Part shown: one piece after another, positions 1 through 10,686 of the stretch
How the letters are laid out: each line of letters begins with the position of its first letter
How positions within the stretch are numbered: the first letter of the stretch is position 1
NCBI GenBank assembly: GCA_965242925.1
Contig: CBDEUM010000029.1
Location: forward strand, 192,001 to 256,000
Source: Roseibacillus sp.
Lineage (GTDB): Bacteria > Verrucomicrobiota > Verrucomicrobiia > Verrucomicrobiales > Akkermansiaceae
Reading direction: 5' to 3'
DNA: 64,000 nucleotides
Position numbers and translations under genes: made by a program
The notes under the pieces: generated by a model
Told to the model about the DNA's origin: nothing
The model's database searches: none
The model's input: only the letters and a program-made list of their open reading frames with translations

Positions 1-1520
1 GAGAGGTAGATCGTCACCTTTGAGATGAGTTGCGCGTCGTGGGCCCGGTTCTCGTCGAGCCAGAAGACGGCCGGGGTGCCGGTGGCGCGGGCACGACTGA
101 CCGCCAGTTTCACCCAGTCACGGATGGGAGCATCCTTCGTCTGGCAGGCCCGCCAGAGGTCGCCTTTTTCAACGGGATGTTCAAGGAGGACGTTGCCCTC
201 GTCGTCGACGATGCGGATCGTCCCGTCGCCCGGTGCCTGGAAGGTTTTGTCGTGAGATCCGTACTCCTCGGCCTTCTGCGCCATCAGTCCGACGTTGGGG
301 ACGGTGCCCATGGTGGCGGGATCGAAGGCGCCGTGCTCGCGGCAGAAATCGATGGTGGCCTGGTAGACACCGGCGTAGGAGCTGTCGGGAATGACCGCGA
401 GGGCGTCCTGACGTTCGCCCTGCGCGTTCCACATCTTACCCGAATCGCGGATCATGGCCGGCATGGAGGCATCGATGATGACGTCGCTCGGCACGTGCAG
501 ATTGGTGATTCCCCTGTCGGAGTTCACCATGGCGAGAGCGGGGCCCTTCTCGTAGCAGGACTGGATGTCGGTCTTGATTGCGGATCGCCTGTCCTCCGGA
601 AGGGTCTCGATCTTGGCGAGGAGATCACCGAAGCCGTTGTTGAAATCAACGCCGAGTTCGTCGAGGATCGGGCCGTGCCTGGCAATCAGGTCACGGAAGT
701 AGACGCGGACGCAGTGACCGAAGATGACCGGGTCGGAGACCTTCATCATGGTGGCCTTCATATGGAGGGAGAAGAGGATGCCCTCTTCCCTGGCGCGTGT
801 GATCTGGTGATCGAGAAATGACACCAGGGCCTTGCTGCTCATCACGGTGGCGTCGACCACTTCGCCGGCGAGGAGGGGCGCGGCGGTTTTCATGACACCC
901 GTGCTGCCGTGCTGGTCGACGAACTCGATCTGGAAGGTGGAGTCCGTTCCGGTCGTGAAGGACTTCTCCTTGTAGCGGAAATCGCTGGCGCCCATGGTGG
1001 CGACATTCGTTTTCGAGTCCTTCGACCACTCGCCCATGGAGTGCGGGTTGCTGCGGGCATACTCCTTGACGGCCTTGGGGGCTCTCCGGTCCGAATTACC
1101 CTCCCTCAGGACCGGATTCACCGCGCTGCCCTTGACCCTGTCGTAGCGCGCCTTGATCTCGAGCTCTCCGGCACTCGTGGGGTCTTCGGGGTAGTCGGGA
1201 AGTTGGTAGCCCTGGTCGCGCAGTTCTCCGATGGCAGCCTTGAGCTGGGGGACGGAGGCACTGATATTGGGGAGCTTGATGATGTTGGCCTCGGGTGTTC
1301 TGGCGAGGGTTCCGAGCTCCGTCAGGGCGTCCTCAACCCGCTGCTCCTTGGTGAGGAGATCGGGAAAGTTGGCGAGAATGCGGCCCGCCAGGGAGATGTC
1401 GCGGGTCTCCACCCGGATTCCCGATGACCTGGTAAACCGCTGGATGATGGGAAGCAGGGAACGGGTTGCGAGAGCGGGAGCTTCGTCGGTTTCGGTGTAG
1501 ATGATCGTGGGAGCGGGCAT
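1..1520 (-). CDS. icd: NADP-dependent isocitrate dehydrogenase, monomeric type (5' part; runs off the window start)
   Basis: Manual translation from ATG at 1520: [26 protein letters not shown], later [20 protein letters not shown] and LRVSTDKTFQAP, typical of monomeric IDH. Missing from the ORF track because it has no stop codon inside the window. Confidence 0.95.
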   Translation of the reverse strand, partial: MPAPTIIYTETDEAPALATRSLLPIIQRFTRSSGIRVETRDISLAGRILANFPDLLTKEQRVEDALTELGTLARTPEANIIKLPNISASVPQLKAAIGELRDQGYQLPDYPEDPTSAGELEIKARYDRVKGSAVNPVLREGNSDRRAPKAVKEYARSNPHSMGEWSKDSKTNVATMGASDFRYKEKSFTTGTDSTFQIEFVDQHGSTGVMKTAAPLLAGEVVDATVMSSKALVSFLDHQITRAREEGILFSLHMKATMMKVSDPVIFGHCVRVYFRDLIARHGPILDELGVDFNNGFGDLLAKIETLPEDRRSAIKTDIQSCYEKGPALAMVNSDRGITNLHVPSDVIIDASMPAMIRDSGKMWNAQGERQDALAVIPDSSYAGVYQATIDFCREHGAFDPATMGTVPNVGLMAQKAEEYGSHDKTFQAPGDGTIRIVDDEGNVLLEHPVEKGDLWRACQTKDAPIRDWVKLAVSRARATGTPAVFWLDENRAHDAQLISKVTIYL

Positions 1521-1695
1521 GACCGGCGGGGACTGAAGGGATGGGCGTGTACGTCAGCCGGCGGCGATGGTCAATAGAATGTGGGACCGACCAAAGGCTT
1601 GCGGATCGTTGCCGTTCCCTTTCGCTTGTTGCGTTCATTACGACGAGGAATTTGCTTCAATGCCCCGGACGTTCCCGCCACGATGATGCACGTCC

Positions 1696-3453
1696 ATGAA
1701 GCGCGCTCTGTTTTCCATCCTGCTGCAGGGAATTGCGGCCGTTCCCGTTGTTGCGGACCAGCCAAATGTCCTGGTGTTTCTCAGTGATGACCAGGGCTGG
1801 GGGGATCTGACCAGCTCTGGAAACACGGACTTGCGCACGCCGCATATCGATTCCCTCAAGCGTGATGGAGCCAGTTTCGACCGCTTCTATGTTTGCCCGG
1901 TCTGTTCGCCGACGCGGGCCGAGTTTCTCACCGGCCGGCACCACGCCCATTCCGGAGTCTATTCCACTTCGGCGGGAGGCGAGCGCATGGATCTTGACGA
2001 AACCACGGTGGCCGATCTTTTCAAGGAGGCCGGCTATGCCACTGGTGCCTTTGGCAAGTGGCACAACGGGATGCAGTATCCCTACCATCCCAATGGTCGC
2101 GGGTTCGGCGAATTCTATGGCTTCTGCAGTGGCCACTGGGGCAACTACTTCGACCCCATGCTCGAGCAAAACGGCCGCATCGTGAAGGGGGAGGGATTCT
2201 GCATCGATGACTTCACCAACAAGGCGATGAGGTTCATGACGGATGCGGTGAAGGGGAAGAAGCCCTTCTTCGCCTATCTCCCCTACAACACCCCGCACTC
2301 TCCCATGCAGGTGCCCGACAGGTTTTGGCAGCGCTTCAAGGACCGGCCGCTTGTGAAAGTGAACGGGCAACAACCCGGGAAGGAGTTGCAGACCCACAAG
2401 AGGAGTGCGCTCGCGATGTGCGAAAACCTCGATTGGAACGTCGGACGCGTACTCGCCATGCTGGAGAGCCTGGGCATCGAGGACGACACCATCGTGGTGT
2501 GGTTTCATGACAACGGGCCGAATGGCGTGCGTTGGAATGGCGGGATGAAGGGCCGCAAGGGATCGACCGATGAAGGAGGGGTGCGCAGTCCGCTCTACCT
2601 CCGCTGGCCGGGCGTCATCGCGCCCGGGACCGAGATTCCGCACATTGCCAGCGCGCGCGACTTACTCCCCACCCTTTGCGATCTTGCCGGAGTCCCCCCT
2701 GCCAACAGGAAGCCACTGGATGGAGTCAGCTTGAAGCAGTTGCTCGAAAAGCCCGGATCCACAGCCGACTCTTGGCCTGACCGGGTTCTCATCAACCAGT
2801 GGAAGAACAGGATCAGCGTGAGAAACCAACGCTTCCGGCTTGATGACAAGGCGAGGCTTTACGATATGGTTGCGGATCCCGGGCAAAAAACCAATGTGGC
2901 TGCCAGGCACCCAAAGGTTGTCGAGGAACTGGGCATGGCGGCAGCAAGGCATCGCGAGGAATTCATGCCCACCTATTTCGAGGACAAGCGTCCCTTCGTG
3001 ATCGCTCATCCCGACTCGCCTCTGACCCAGCTTCCGGCCCGCGATGGGAAGTCGCACGGAGGAATCAAGCGCTCTAACAGATTTCCCAACTGTTCCTACT
3101 TCCGCAACTGGAGCAGCACAGAGGATCGGATCACCTTCGGCGCCGAGGTTGCCGCCAGCGGGATTTACGAGGTGGTCCTCTACTACGCGGCCAGGGAGGC
3201 GGGAGCGAAGTGCGAGCTGAGTTTCAACGACGCGACCCTCAAGTTCCAGATCGCCGAAGCGCACGACGTTCCCGAGTTCGGGGGCGAGCACGACCTGCAT
3301 CCACGCATGGAGTCTTACGTGAAGGACTTCAAGGCCGTGACGATCGGGAAGATCGTGCTTGAGAAGGGGAAGGGCGAACTGACTCTCCGCGCCACTGAGA
3401 TTCCGGGAGCGGAAGCAATGGAGTTTCGCCTGCTGACCCTGAAGCGAATGTAG
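1696..3453 (+). CDS. Arylsulfatase (formylglycine-dependent S1 sulfatase) with C-terminal beta-sandwich extension
   Basis: Signal peptide; PNVLVFLSDDQG; CSPTR (CxPxR); GKWH; HDNG; 585 aa. Confidence 0.93.
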   Translation: MKRALFSILLQGIAAVPVVADQPNVLVFLSDDQGWGDLTSSGNTDLRTPHIDSLKRDGASFDRFYVCPVCSPTRAEFLTGRHHAHSGVYSTSAGGERMDLDETTVADLFKEAGYATGAFGKWHNGMQYPYHPNGRGFGEFYGFCSGHWGNYFDPMLEQNGRIVKGEGFCIDDFTNKAMRFMTDAVKGKKPFFAYLPYNTPHSPMQVPDRFWQRFKDRPLVKVNGQQPGKELQTHKRSALAMCENLDWNVGRVLAMLESLGIEDDTIVVWFHDNGPNGVRWNGGMKGRKGSTDEGGVRSPLYLRWPGVIAPGTEIPHIASARDLLPTLCDLAGVPPANRKPLDGVSLKQLLEKPGSTADSWPDRVLINQWKNRISVRNQRFRLDDKARLYDMVADPGQKTNVAARHPKVVEELGMAAARHREEFMPTYFEDKRPFVIAHPDSPLTQLPARDGKSHGGIKRSNRFPNCSYFRNWSSTEDRITFGAEVAASGIYEVVLYYAAREAGAKCELSFNDATLKFQIAEAHDVPEFGGEHDLHPRMESYVKDFKAVTIGKIVLEKGKGELTLRATEIPGAEAMEFRLLTLKRM

Positions 3454-3634
3454 GGTGGGGAGCTGAGAAGAAGGGATGGAGGCAATCGGCCTCGGAAGGG
3501 AGATCGGGCCCGGTGAGGGCTGCGCCGAAAACCAGTCGGTTCCCCTGCGGGAGGGGCGATAAGTTCCAGCGCTGCCATTCCGCCCGGTGCAAGGGCTTGC
3601 TCTCCGTCCGCAACTCCCTACCGTCCCGCCTCTC

Positions 3635-4501
3635 ATGTCCATCGAACTGATCCTCACGCACCCGGGTGGCGCGCACAAAGACGACTACCTGGCCTGCAGT
3701 TTGCTGGTGGCGCAGCACGGGGCTCCGATCGAGCGGCGTGAACCGGAGCAGGGCGATCTCGACAACTCCGCAGTGCTGGTGGTCGATGTGGGTGGAGAAC
3801 ATGAGCCGGAGCGGGGGAATTTTGATCATCACCAGTTCCCGCGCGATCACGATCCGATCTGTGCGCTGTCCCTTGTGTTGCAGGACCTCGGGCTCTACGA
3901 AGACGCAAAAATGTTCTGCGACTGGCTCGAGCCCGCGGAGTGGTTCGACACCCGGGGGGCAGGCGGGACGGCCAAGTGGCTGGGCGTTGAGCGCGACATC
4001 ATGAGCAAGCTCAACTCGCCGATGGATGTGACCCTGTTGCGACGCTTTGCACAAGCCAGGCGTCTCGACCCTGGCGATTTGCTCTACGAGATGATGCGCT
4101 GGGTGGGAGAGGATCTCCTGGAGTATTTGAAGACCCTGCGCGAGCGGCTCACCTACATCGGTGAGCATGGCGAGCTCTGGACGCTGGAGGCCAACGGTGC
4201 GGACTCCTTCAAGGTCCTGTTCATGCCACGGACCAATCCGCTCCCGGCCGAGCCCTCGATGGGGTTTGGGCGCTATCTCGATTCGATCGGCGAATCGGAG
4301 AACGTGGCGGGCCTGGTCTATCCGGACCGGCGGGGCAGCGGCTATGGGCTCTCTCGTCACAACGATCACCCGCGACTGGAGTTCACCCGGATCGACGCAG
4401 AGGACGACGTGCATTTTGCGCACGCCCGGGGATTCGTAGCGAAGACTTCGGCCACGGAGAAAGAGCGCCTGAAGGAGTTGCTTCGAGCGGCCTGGGTGTA
4501 A
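3635..4501 (+). CDS. MYG1/UPF0160-family metal-dependent hydrolase (DHH-like exonuclease)
   Basis: LTHPGGAHKDD, VDVGG and FDHHQ motifs; C-terminal FAHARGF. Start moved to ATG 3635, which follows a promoter-like TTGCTC-N16-TACCGT. Confidence 0.8.
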   Translation: MSIELILTHPGGAHKDDYLACSLLVAQHGAPIERREPEQGDLDNSAVLVVDVGGEHEPERGNFDHHQFPRDHDPICALSLVLQDLGLYEDAKMFCDWLEPAEWFDTRGAGGTAKWLGVERDIMSKLNSPMDVTLLRRFAQARRLDPGDLLYEMMRWVGEDLLEYLKTLRERLTYIGEHGELWTLEANGADSFKVLFMPRTNPLPAEPSMGFGRYLDSIGESENVAGLVYPDRRGSGYGLSRHNDHPRLEFTRIDAEDDVHFAHARGFVAKTSATEKERLKELLRAAWV

Positions 4502-4555
4502 TTGTGGGAGGGGACGGGCCTACAGCCTGCTCCATGATGTAGAATTTTGACGACC

Positions 4556-5149
4556 GTGAAAATCCAATCGGCCATATTCGAGTGTGGGGCGGTCAGTTTC
4601 GACGGCTGTCCGGAGTCGAAGCTCCCTGAGTTCGCCTTCATTGGACGCTCCAACGTGGGCAAGTCGTCCCTCCTCAATCTTCTGGCTGATAAGGAGGGAC
4701 TGGCACGGGTGTCCGGCAGCCCGGGGCGAACCCGGGAAATCAATTTCTTCACCATCAACGGGAGCTGGAGCCTGGTGGATCTTCCCGGCTATGGATATGC
4801 CAAGGTGTCCAAGGCCGATCGAACGCGTTTCCAGGAGTTCATTGCAGCCTATCTCATTGAGCGGGAGAATCTTTTCTGTGCCTTTGTGCTGATAGACTCA
4901 CGTCATCCTCCTCAGCGGATCGATCTCGAGTTCGTACAGTGGCTGGTGGAGGGAGCGGTGCCGTTCGCACTGGTTTTCACCAAGGCTGAGAAGAGCAGGG
5001 ACTCAGCGCTGAGGAAGAACGTGATGCTCTTTCTGGAAGCGATGAAGGACTGGAGCGAGGGCGATCCCGCCGTTTTCACCTGCTCGGCCAAGACGGGGGA
5101 CGGTCGCAGGGAGATCCTTTCCTTTATAGGGGATGCGATGCAGGGCTAG
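4556..5149 (+). CDS. engB: Ribosome biogenesis GTP-binding protein YihA/YsxC
   Basis: GRSNVGKSS (G1), PGRTREIN, DLPGYGYAK (G3), FTKAEK (G4 variant). GTG 4556 gives the typical MKIQSAIF N-terminus. Confidence 0.95.
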   Translation: MKIQSAIFECGAVSFDGCPESKLPEFAFIGRSNVGKSSLLNLLADKEGLARVSGSPGRTREINFFTINGSWSLVDLPGYGYAKVSKADRTRFQEFIAAYLIERENLFCAFVLIDSRHPPQRIDLEFVQWLVEGAVPFALVFTKAEKSRDSALRKNVMLFLEAMKDWSEGDPAVFTCSAKTGDGRREILSFIGDAMQG

Positions 5150-5193
5150 GAGGCATCCCCGGCCGCTGAAGCGGATGGATTATGCGGCCCTCT

Positions 5194-6615
5194 TCAAGCG
5201 AGGACGCCCTTTACAATCTTTCCATGGACGTCGGTGAGGCGGAACTGCCGGCCCTGGTAGCGGAAGGTCAGGCGCTCGTGATCGATACCGAGAAGGTGGA
5301 GGATGGTGGCATTGAAGTCATGCACGTGAACGGGATCACGGGCGATGGCATAGCCAAGTTCATCGGTCGCTCCGTGGGCATGGCCAGCCTTGCTGCCCCC
5401 GCCCGCCATCCACACGCTATAGGCGTCCTTGTGATGATCACGACCGGCCTTGGAGCGCTTGGCGCCGTCTCCGGTTGTACCCTGGGCCATGGGAGTGCGT
5501 CCGAACTCGGCGCTCCAGATCACCAGGGTTTCGTCGAGAAGACCCCGTTCTTTCAGGTCCTTGATAAGGGCCGCGATTGGTTTGTCGACCTGCCTGGTCT
5601 TGTTAGGGAGATTATCGAAGACTGCTCCGTGGTGGTCCCAGCCCTGGTCGAAAAGCTGGACAAAACGCACGCCGCGTTCCACCAGTCGCCGGGCCAGAAG
5701 GCAGTTATTGGCAAAGGACGTTTTCCCCGGTTGTGTGCCGTACATCTCGTGGATGCGTTGGGGTTCGCTCGCGATGTCCATCAGTCCCGGGACGCTGGTC
5801 TGCATGCGGTAGGCCATTTCATACTGGCTGATCCGGGTCGCGATCTCGGGATCGCCCACGTCGTCGAGAGCGGCCTGATTGAGGTTGTTCACGGTGTCCA
5901 CCACCAGCTTGCGTTCCTTGTCGGAGACTCCCTTCGGGTTGGAGAGATAGAGGACCGGGTCGCCCTTTGAGCGGAACTGGATGCCTTGGTGGATGGTAGG
6001 CAGAAATCCGCTTCCGAAGGCGCTGTTGCCTGCGCCCAGAACCTGGCCGGTGATGAGAACCACGAATCCGGGAAGGTTCTCGTTTTCGCTGCCAAGGCCG
6101 TAGCTCACCCACGAACCGATGCTGGGTCGGCCGAAGCGCTCAAACCCCGTGAGCAGGAACATCTGGGAGGGGGCATGGTTGAACTGGTCGGTGTGGAGCG
6201 TCTTGATGAGGCAGAGTTCGTCCGCCACCCCCTGCAGGTGGGGCAGGAGGTTGGACAACTCGAGCCCCGATGTTCCGCACTTCCGGAAGGCGAATTTGTC
6301 CTCCCGGGGGGTGCCCAGCAGATTGGGCTGCTCGCGGATAAAGGCCAGCTTGGTGGTATCGAAGAACTCATCCGGGCACAATTGCCCGTTTCGTTTCTGG
6401 AGCTCCGGCTTGTAGTCGAAGAGGTCGAGGTGGGAGGGTGAGCCGACGAGGTGAATGTAGATGACGTGCTTGGCGCGTGGAGCGTGGTGGAGCCCGGCCT
6501 CTGCCCCTGCAGGCGCCCCGTTTGCCAGTGATGACAGGGCCGCAGATCCCAAGCCATAGCCGGTCCTTTGCAGGAAGAGGCGACGGGTTGCGGTCTGGAG
6601 CGGGGTCGGGATCAT
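5194..6615 (-). CDS. DUF1501 family protein, Tat-exported
   Basis: TRRLFLQ Tat motif; [49 protein letters not shown]. Confidence 0.92.
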   Translation of the reverse strand: MIPTPLQTATRRLFLQRTGYGLGSAALSSLANGAPAGAEAGLHHAPRAKHVIYIHLVGSPSHLDLFDYKPELQKRNGQLCPDEFFDTTKLAFIREQPNLLGTPREDKFAFRKCGTSGLELSNLLPHLQGVADELCLIKTLHTDQFNHAPSQMFLLTGFERFGRPSIGSWVSYGLGSENENLPGFVVLITGQVLGAGNSAFGSGFLPTIHQGIQFRSKGDPVLYLSNPKGVSDKERKLVVDTVNNLNQAALDDVGDPEIATRISQYEMAYRMQTSVPGLMDIASEPQRIHEMYGTQPGKTSFANNCLLARRLVERGVRFVQLFDQGWDHHGAVFDNLPNKTRQVDKPIAALIKDLKERGLLDETLVIWSAEFGRTPMAQGTTGDGAKRSKAGRDHHKDAYSVWMAGGGSKAGHAHGATDELGYAIARDPVHVHDFNATILHLLGIDHERLTFRYQGRQFRLTDVHGKIVKGVLA

Positions 6616-6646
6616 TGCTCAATAACGAGAGGGTCTAGTCTGAACC

Positions 6647-9600
6647 TTAATTCCTCGTGATCGTTTCGTCGAGATTCAGGAGGGCATTGGCTACGTAGAA
6701 CCAGGCGGCCAGTTCGGTTCGTTCCCTGCTCTTGGGCTTATAGGTAAAATGGGGATTGTTGAGGAGGGCTTCAGCTTCCCCCGGATTGCGCTGAAAATGC
6801 TCAAGTCTCTCGTGAAGAAGAGTGTCAATGATCTCCATTTCCCGGTTGCTCGGGAGGCGGGCGAGGGCGAGGCGAAAGCCGTGGCGCGTACGAACTCCCG
6901 GCGACTTGGATTCCTCCAGGATGCGGTCGGCCAGCGCGAGGGCCATTTCGACGAAGGCGGGGTCGTTCAGCAGCGTCAGGGCCTGGCTCGGGGTGTTGGT
7001 CCGGGCGCGGCCCACGGTACAGGCCGCACGATCAGGGGCATCAAAGTTGACCATGCTGGGATAAGGAGCGGCCCGGCGGTAGACGATGTAGATGCCGCGG
7101 CGCCAGCGGTCTTCATCCTTCTCCTCTACCCACTTGGGCTCATTGCGGCCGGTCTGGTGCCAGAGGCCGGGAGGCTGGTGGGGCATGACCGGTTCGCCGT
7201 ACATCCTGCTGGAGAGCAGCCCGGAGATGGCCAGGGCGTTGTCGCGAATGCGCTCCGCATCCATGCGAAAACGGGGAGCGCGGGCAAGGAGGAGATTGCG
7301 GGGATCCTTTTCCACCAGATCGGGAGTGAGCCGGGACGATTGACGGTAGGCCTGTGAGAGTACGATGGTCTTGAGAACGTGTTTCATGTCCCAGCCGGAG
7401 TCCATGAACTCAACGGCGAGCCAATCCAGGAGGTCGGGGTGGGTGGGTGGCTCGGACTGGGTTCCGAAGTCCTCGAGGGTGGACACGATTCCGTTGCCGA
7501 ACAGCTCCGCCCACCAGCGGTTGACTGCCACGCGGGCAGTGAGGGGGTTGTCTTTGCGAACGAGCCAGCGGGCGAGGTCGAGGCGGTTGCCTGGAGCTCC
7601 GTTCTCCAGCTTGGGAAGGCGGGCGGGGGTGTTGGCGGTGACTTGGGCATCTGGGCTGAGGAAGTTGCCGCGTTTCAAGATGTGTGTTTTACGGCGCTCC
7701 TTCATCTCGACCATGACGAGGGTTTGATTGGCTTTGATGGTATTGCGCTGCTTCTTGAGGCGGGCGATCCCGGCATCGATCTCCTTCAGTGTGGGGTTTT
7801 CTTTTTCGAAGTGGGCGCGGAGTTTCTTTTGTTGGGCTTTGTTGCGTGTGTCGGCAGGCTTTCTGAGGATAGCGATCAGGTCGGCAGGGAGTTTGGTGTC
7901 TTTGCTGACCTGGCTACGAGCGGAGAGGCGGAGGTTTCCAATGACACGCCCTTTGCCCCAGTCCTGCGGCAGGGTGAAGACGAGGGTGGTTGCACTTGTT
8001 TGCTCGATCGGTTTGACGAGTTCGAAGGTAGCCCAATGTGATTTGCCGAACTGCGGATTGATGGCCCATCCCGTAGCGGGGTTTCCGTCGATCAGGCCGG
8101 CGACGTCCCAATTCTTTTGGGAGAAGTTGGCCTGTGGGCGGTGAAGTTTGATCGGGGTGTCACTATCGTCTTTGCGGAGAGCGGCGGTGAATTCCTTGAG
8201 GACGAAGTTGGGTCGTTGGGCTTCTCCGCGGCCTGGTCCTTTGCCGGGCAGCTTGGGAGTTGCGAGCGCTTCCAGTTTGAGTTGGGAGATGCGGGGGAGG
8301 GCGGTTCTGGTTTCGACGGTGTAGGTCGTGGTGTTGGGAACGTTGCCACTGAGGAGGACGGACCCATCTTTGAGGATGTCGTGTTGTTCTCCGCCGGTGG
8401 AAGTGAATTTAGTGACTTGGAGGACTTCCCAATCACTTTGTTGCTCGGCGCTTTCGGAGTGGTGGCGTTCCCAGGCGAGATAGGCTTCTTCCTGAGACTT
8501 GAGGGTGGCGTCGCGGTCTTTCTGGAGCAGGATGATTTGATTATCGCCATCTTTCGCTTGTTGTTGCTGCCCGGCGGTGAGGGGAAGATCGAGATAGGGC
8601 CCAATGAAATCGTGTGAAACGTCAGTCTTGTTACTGGGAAGCTGCACTTCCAGCGGGGTGTGATTGAAAAAGTCGAAGAGAGCGTAGTAGTCCCTCATGG
8701 TAAAGGGGTCGTACTTGTGATCATGGCACTGCGCGCACTCCATCGTGATGCCCAGCCAGACGGTAGCGGTGGTATTAACGCGATCGATCACCTGGTTGAC
8801 CCGGTTGCCCTCCGGGCTGACCCCTGCTTCCACGTTGCAGGTCACAGTCCGGTGAAACCCAGTGGCAATCTTCTGCTCGAGCGTGGCATCCGGGAGGAGA
8901 TCGCCAGCGAGCTGCTCGATGGTGAATTGATCGAAGGGCATGTTTTCGTTGAGAGCCCTGATAACCCAGTCACGGAAGCTCCACGACGGGCGCAACTGGT
9001 CAGCCTGAAAGCCGTTGGAGTCGGCATAGCGGGCCAGGTCAAGCCAGGGCCGGGCCCAGCGTTCACCAAAACGGGGAGAAGCGAGAAGGCGGTCGACCAC
9101 AGACCGGTAGGCGCGCTCTTCGTCCTGCGGGCTGTCGAGGACGGCCTCGAACTCACGGAGCTCCTGCCAGGTCGGCGGTAGTCCGATGAGATCAAGGGAG
9201 AGGCGGCGCAGGAGGCGGGCGGAATCCGTGGGCTGCGAATAGCTCAGGCCTTCTTTCTCGAGACGCCGTAGCAGGAAGGCATCGATGGGGTTACGGACCA
9301 GGGAAGAGGCCTTGACCGCGGGGACAGTGGGCCGCTCCGTCTTTTGCCAGGCCCAATGCTCCTCGTAGGCTGCCCCCGCCGCGATCCAGTCCTTAAGCAG
9401 GTTTTTCTGGGTCAGGGAGAGCGAACGTTTTGACTTATGCGGGGGCATTTGTTCGTCCCCATCCTCAGAGAAGATCCGAGCCAACAGTTCGCTCTCCCCC
9501 GGGTTGCCCGGGACGATGGCGGCGCCCGTCTCCCCGCCCCTGGTGGCGCCTTCAAGGGTGTCCAGGCGCAGTTTTGACTTGCGCGCCTTTTGATCCGGGC

Positions 9601-9718
9601 CGTGACAGTGGAAGCAGTTTTCCGCCAGAATGGGCCGGATCTCGCTTTGAAAATCCGGCTGCTCGCCAGCCGTCACGCTCAGCGGCAGGAGAAGCAGGAG
9701 AGATGCCGGAAGGCGCAT
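6647..9718 (-). CDS. Planctomycete cytochrome c (PSCyt1) + DUF1549 (PSCyt2) + DUF1553 (PSD1) protein with internal coiled coil and discoidin-like insert
   Basis: Signal peptide from ATG 9718; CFHCH and CAQCH heme motifs; NPIDAF, WLDLARYADS, NPLTARVAVNRWW, PTHPDLLDWLA, TNTPSQAL. Confidence 0.9.
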   Translation of the reverse strand: MRLPASLLLLLPLSVTAGEQPDFQSEIRPILAENCFHCHGPDQKARKSKLRLDTLEGATRGGETGAAIVPGNPGESELLARIFSEDGDEQMPPHKSKRSLSLTQKNLLKDWIAAGAAYEEHWAWQKTERPTVPAVKASSLVRNPIDAFLLRRLEKEGLSYSQPTDSARLLRRLSLDLIGLPPTWQELREFEAVLDSPQDEERAYRSVVDRLLASPRFGERWARPWLDLARYADSNGFQADQLRPSWSFRDWVIRALNENMPFDQFTIEQLAGDLLPDATLEQKIATGFHRTVTCNVEAGVSPEGNRVNQVIDRVNTTATVWLGITMECAQCHDHKYDPFTMRDYYALFDFFNHTPLEVQLPSNKTDVSHDFIGPYLDLPLTAGQQQQAKDGDNQIILLQKDRDATLKSQEEAYLAWERHHSESAEQQSDWEVLQVTKFTSTGGEQHDILKDGSVLLSGNVPNTTTYTVETRTALPRISQLKLEALATPKLPGKGPGRGEAQRPNFVLKEFTAALRKDDSDTPIKLHRPQANFSQKNWDVAGLIDGNPATGWAINPQFGKSHWATFELVKPIEQTSATTLVFTLPQDWGKGRVIGNLRLSARSQVSKDTKLPADLIAILRKPADTRNKAQQKKLRAHFEKENPTLKEIDAGIARLKKQRNTIKANQTLVMVEMKERRKTHILKRGNFLSPDAQVTANTPARLPKLENGAPGNRLDLARWLVRKDNPLTARVAVNRWWAELFGNGIVSTLEDFGTQSEPPTHPDLLDWLAVEFMDSGWDMKHVLKTIVLSQAYRQSSRLTPDLVEKDPRNLLLARAPRFRMDAERIRDNALAISGLLSSRMYGEPVMPHQPPGLWHQTGRNEPKWVEEKDEDRWRRGIYIVYRRAAPYPSMVNFDAPDRAACTVGRARTNTPSQALTLLNDPAFVEMALALADRILEESKSPGVRTRHGFRLALARLPSNREMEIIDTLLHERLEHFQRNPGEAEALLNNPHFTYKPKSRERTELAAWFYVANALLNLDETITRN

Positions 9719-9859
9719 GGCAAGTGGTTTGTAGGCCTTGGTTGTGAGGTTCGCAAGGATGGAGCTGGTCGGGGGTCTTGGTTCCATCGTTTTCTTCAAT
9801 GTTTGGATTGAACTTATCCGCTCCCGCAAGCCGGTATTTTCAGGCATGCTCTTAATTGC

Positions 9860-10579
9860 ATGAGCGCATCGCACCGTGAATTGAGCTGGGTCCTGCTCAT
9901 GCCGCCTCTGGTGGTGCCGACCCTGGGGACCCTGCTCTACTTTGTCGTCTTTCCGGAGGGAGGCCTTGGAACCTCAATCTACACGGGGACCAAGCTCTTC
10001 ACTCTGGTTTATCCCTTTCTCTTCCTGAGGCAGATCGGCCTGGGCGGGATTATCCGGAGGCGGCGTCACGATCCCTCCGTCCGGTGGCCACGATGGGGGA
10101 CCGTGCTGCTCACGGGACTGGCGACCGGACTGGCCATTGCGGCAGTAGGGTTCGTGTTCATGCTGACCCCCCTGGGAGACATTGTGCGCGAGGGGGCAGG
10201 CAGGGTGTCGGACAAAGCGGAAGGAATGGGCCTCAAGGATCACTTCATCCTCTTTGCCATCTTTGTCTCTGTGATCCACTCTGCCCTGGAAGAGTTCTAT
10301 TGGCGTTGGTTTACATACGGTCAACTGCAACGCAAGATGAGTCGCTGGGCTGCCCATATCGTGGCGGCGGTGGCCTTCGGGGGACACCACCTCATCGTCA
10401 CACTGCAGTTTTTCGACATCGCCCTCGCGGTTTTACTGACGGTCTGTGTGGTGGTGGGAGGCTTTATCTGGAGCCTGATGTATGAGAGGCAGGGAACGGT
10501 GATAGGATCCTGGATCAGTCATCTCTGTGTGGATGTCATGCTCATGGTGATTGGGTTCCAGCTGGTCATGGGAGCTTGA
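9860..10579 (+). CDS. CPBP (Abi/CAAX type II) intramembrane glutamic metalloprotease
   Basis: Multiple TM segments; EEFYWR, FGGHH and SHLCVD motifs. Confidence 0.88.
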   Translation: MSASHRELSWVLLMPPLVVPTLGTLLYFVVFPEGGLGTSIYTGTKLFTLVYPFLFLRQIGLGGIIRRRRHDPSVRWPRWGTVLLTGLATGLAIAAVGFVFMLTPLGDIVREGAGRVSDKAEGMGLKDHFILFAIFVSVIHSALEEFYWRWFTYGQLQRKMSRWAAHIVAAVAFGGHHLIVTLQFFDIALAVLLTVCVVVGGFIWSLMYERQGTVIGSWISHLCVDVMLMVIGFQLVMGA

Positions 10580-10686
10580 TGGTTCGCGGCGGGGCGGGGA
10601 TTTGTCTGCGCTTCCGTGTTGATGGATGAGGGCCGGGCTGCTTGATTTGCGCCCAAGTGGTGAGGGAAAAAAACAGAGGGCAGCGC

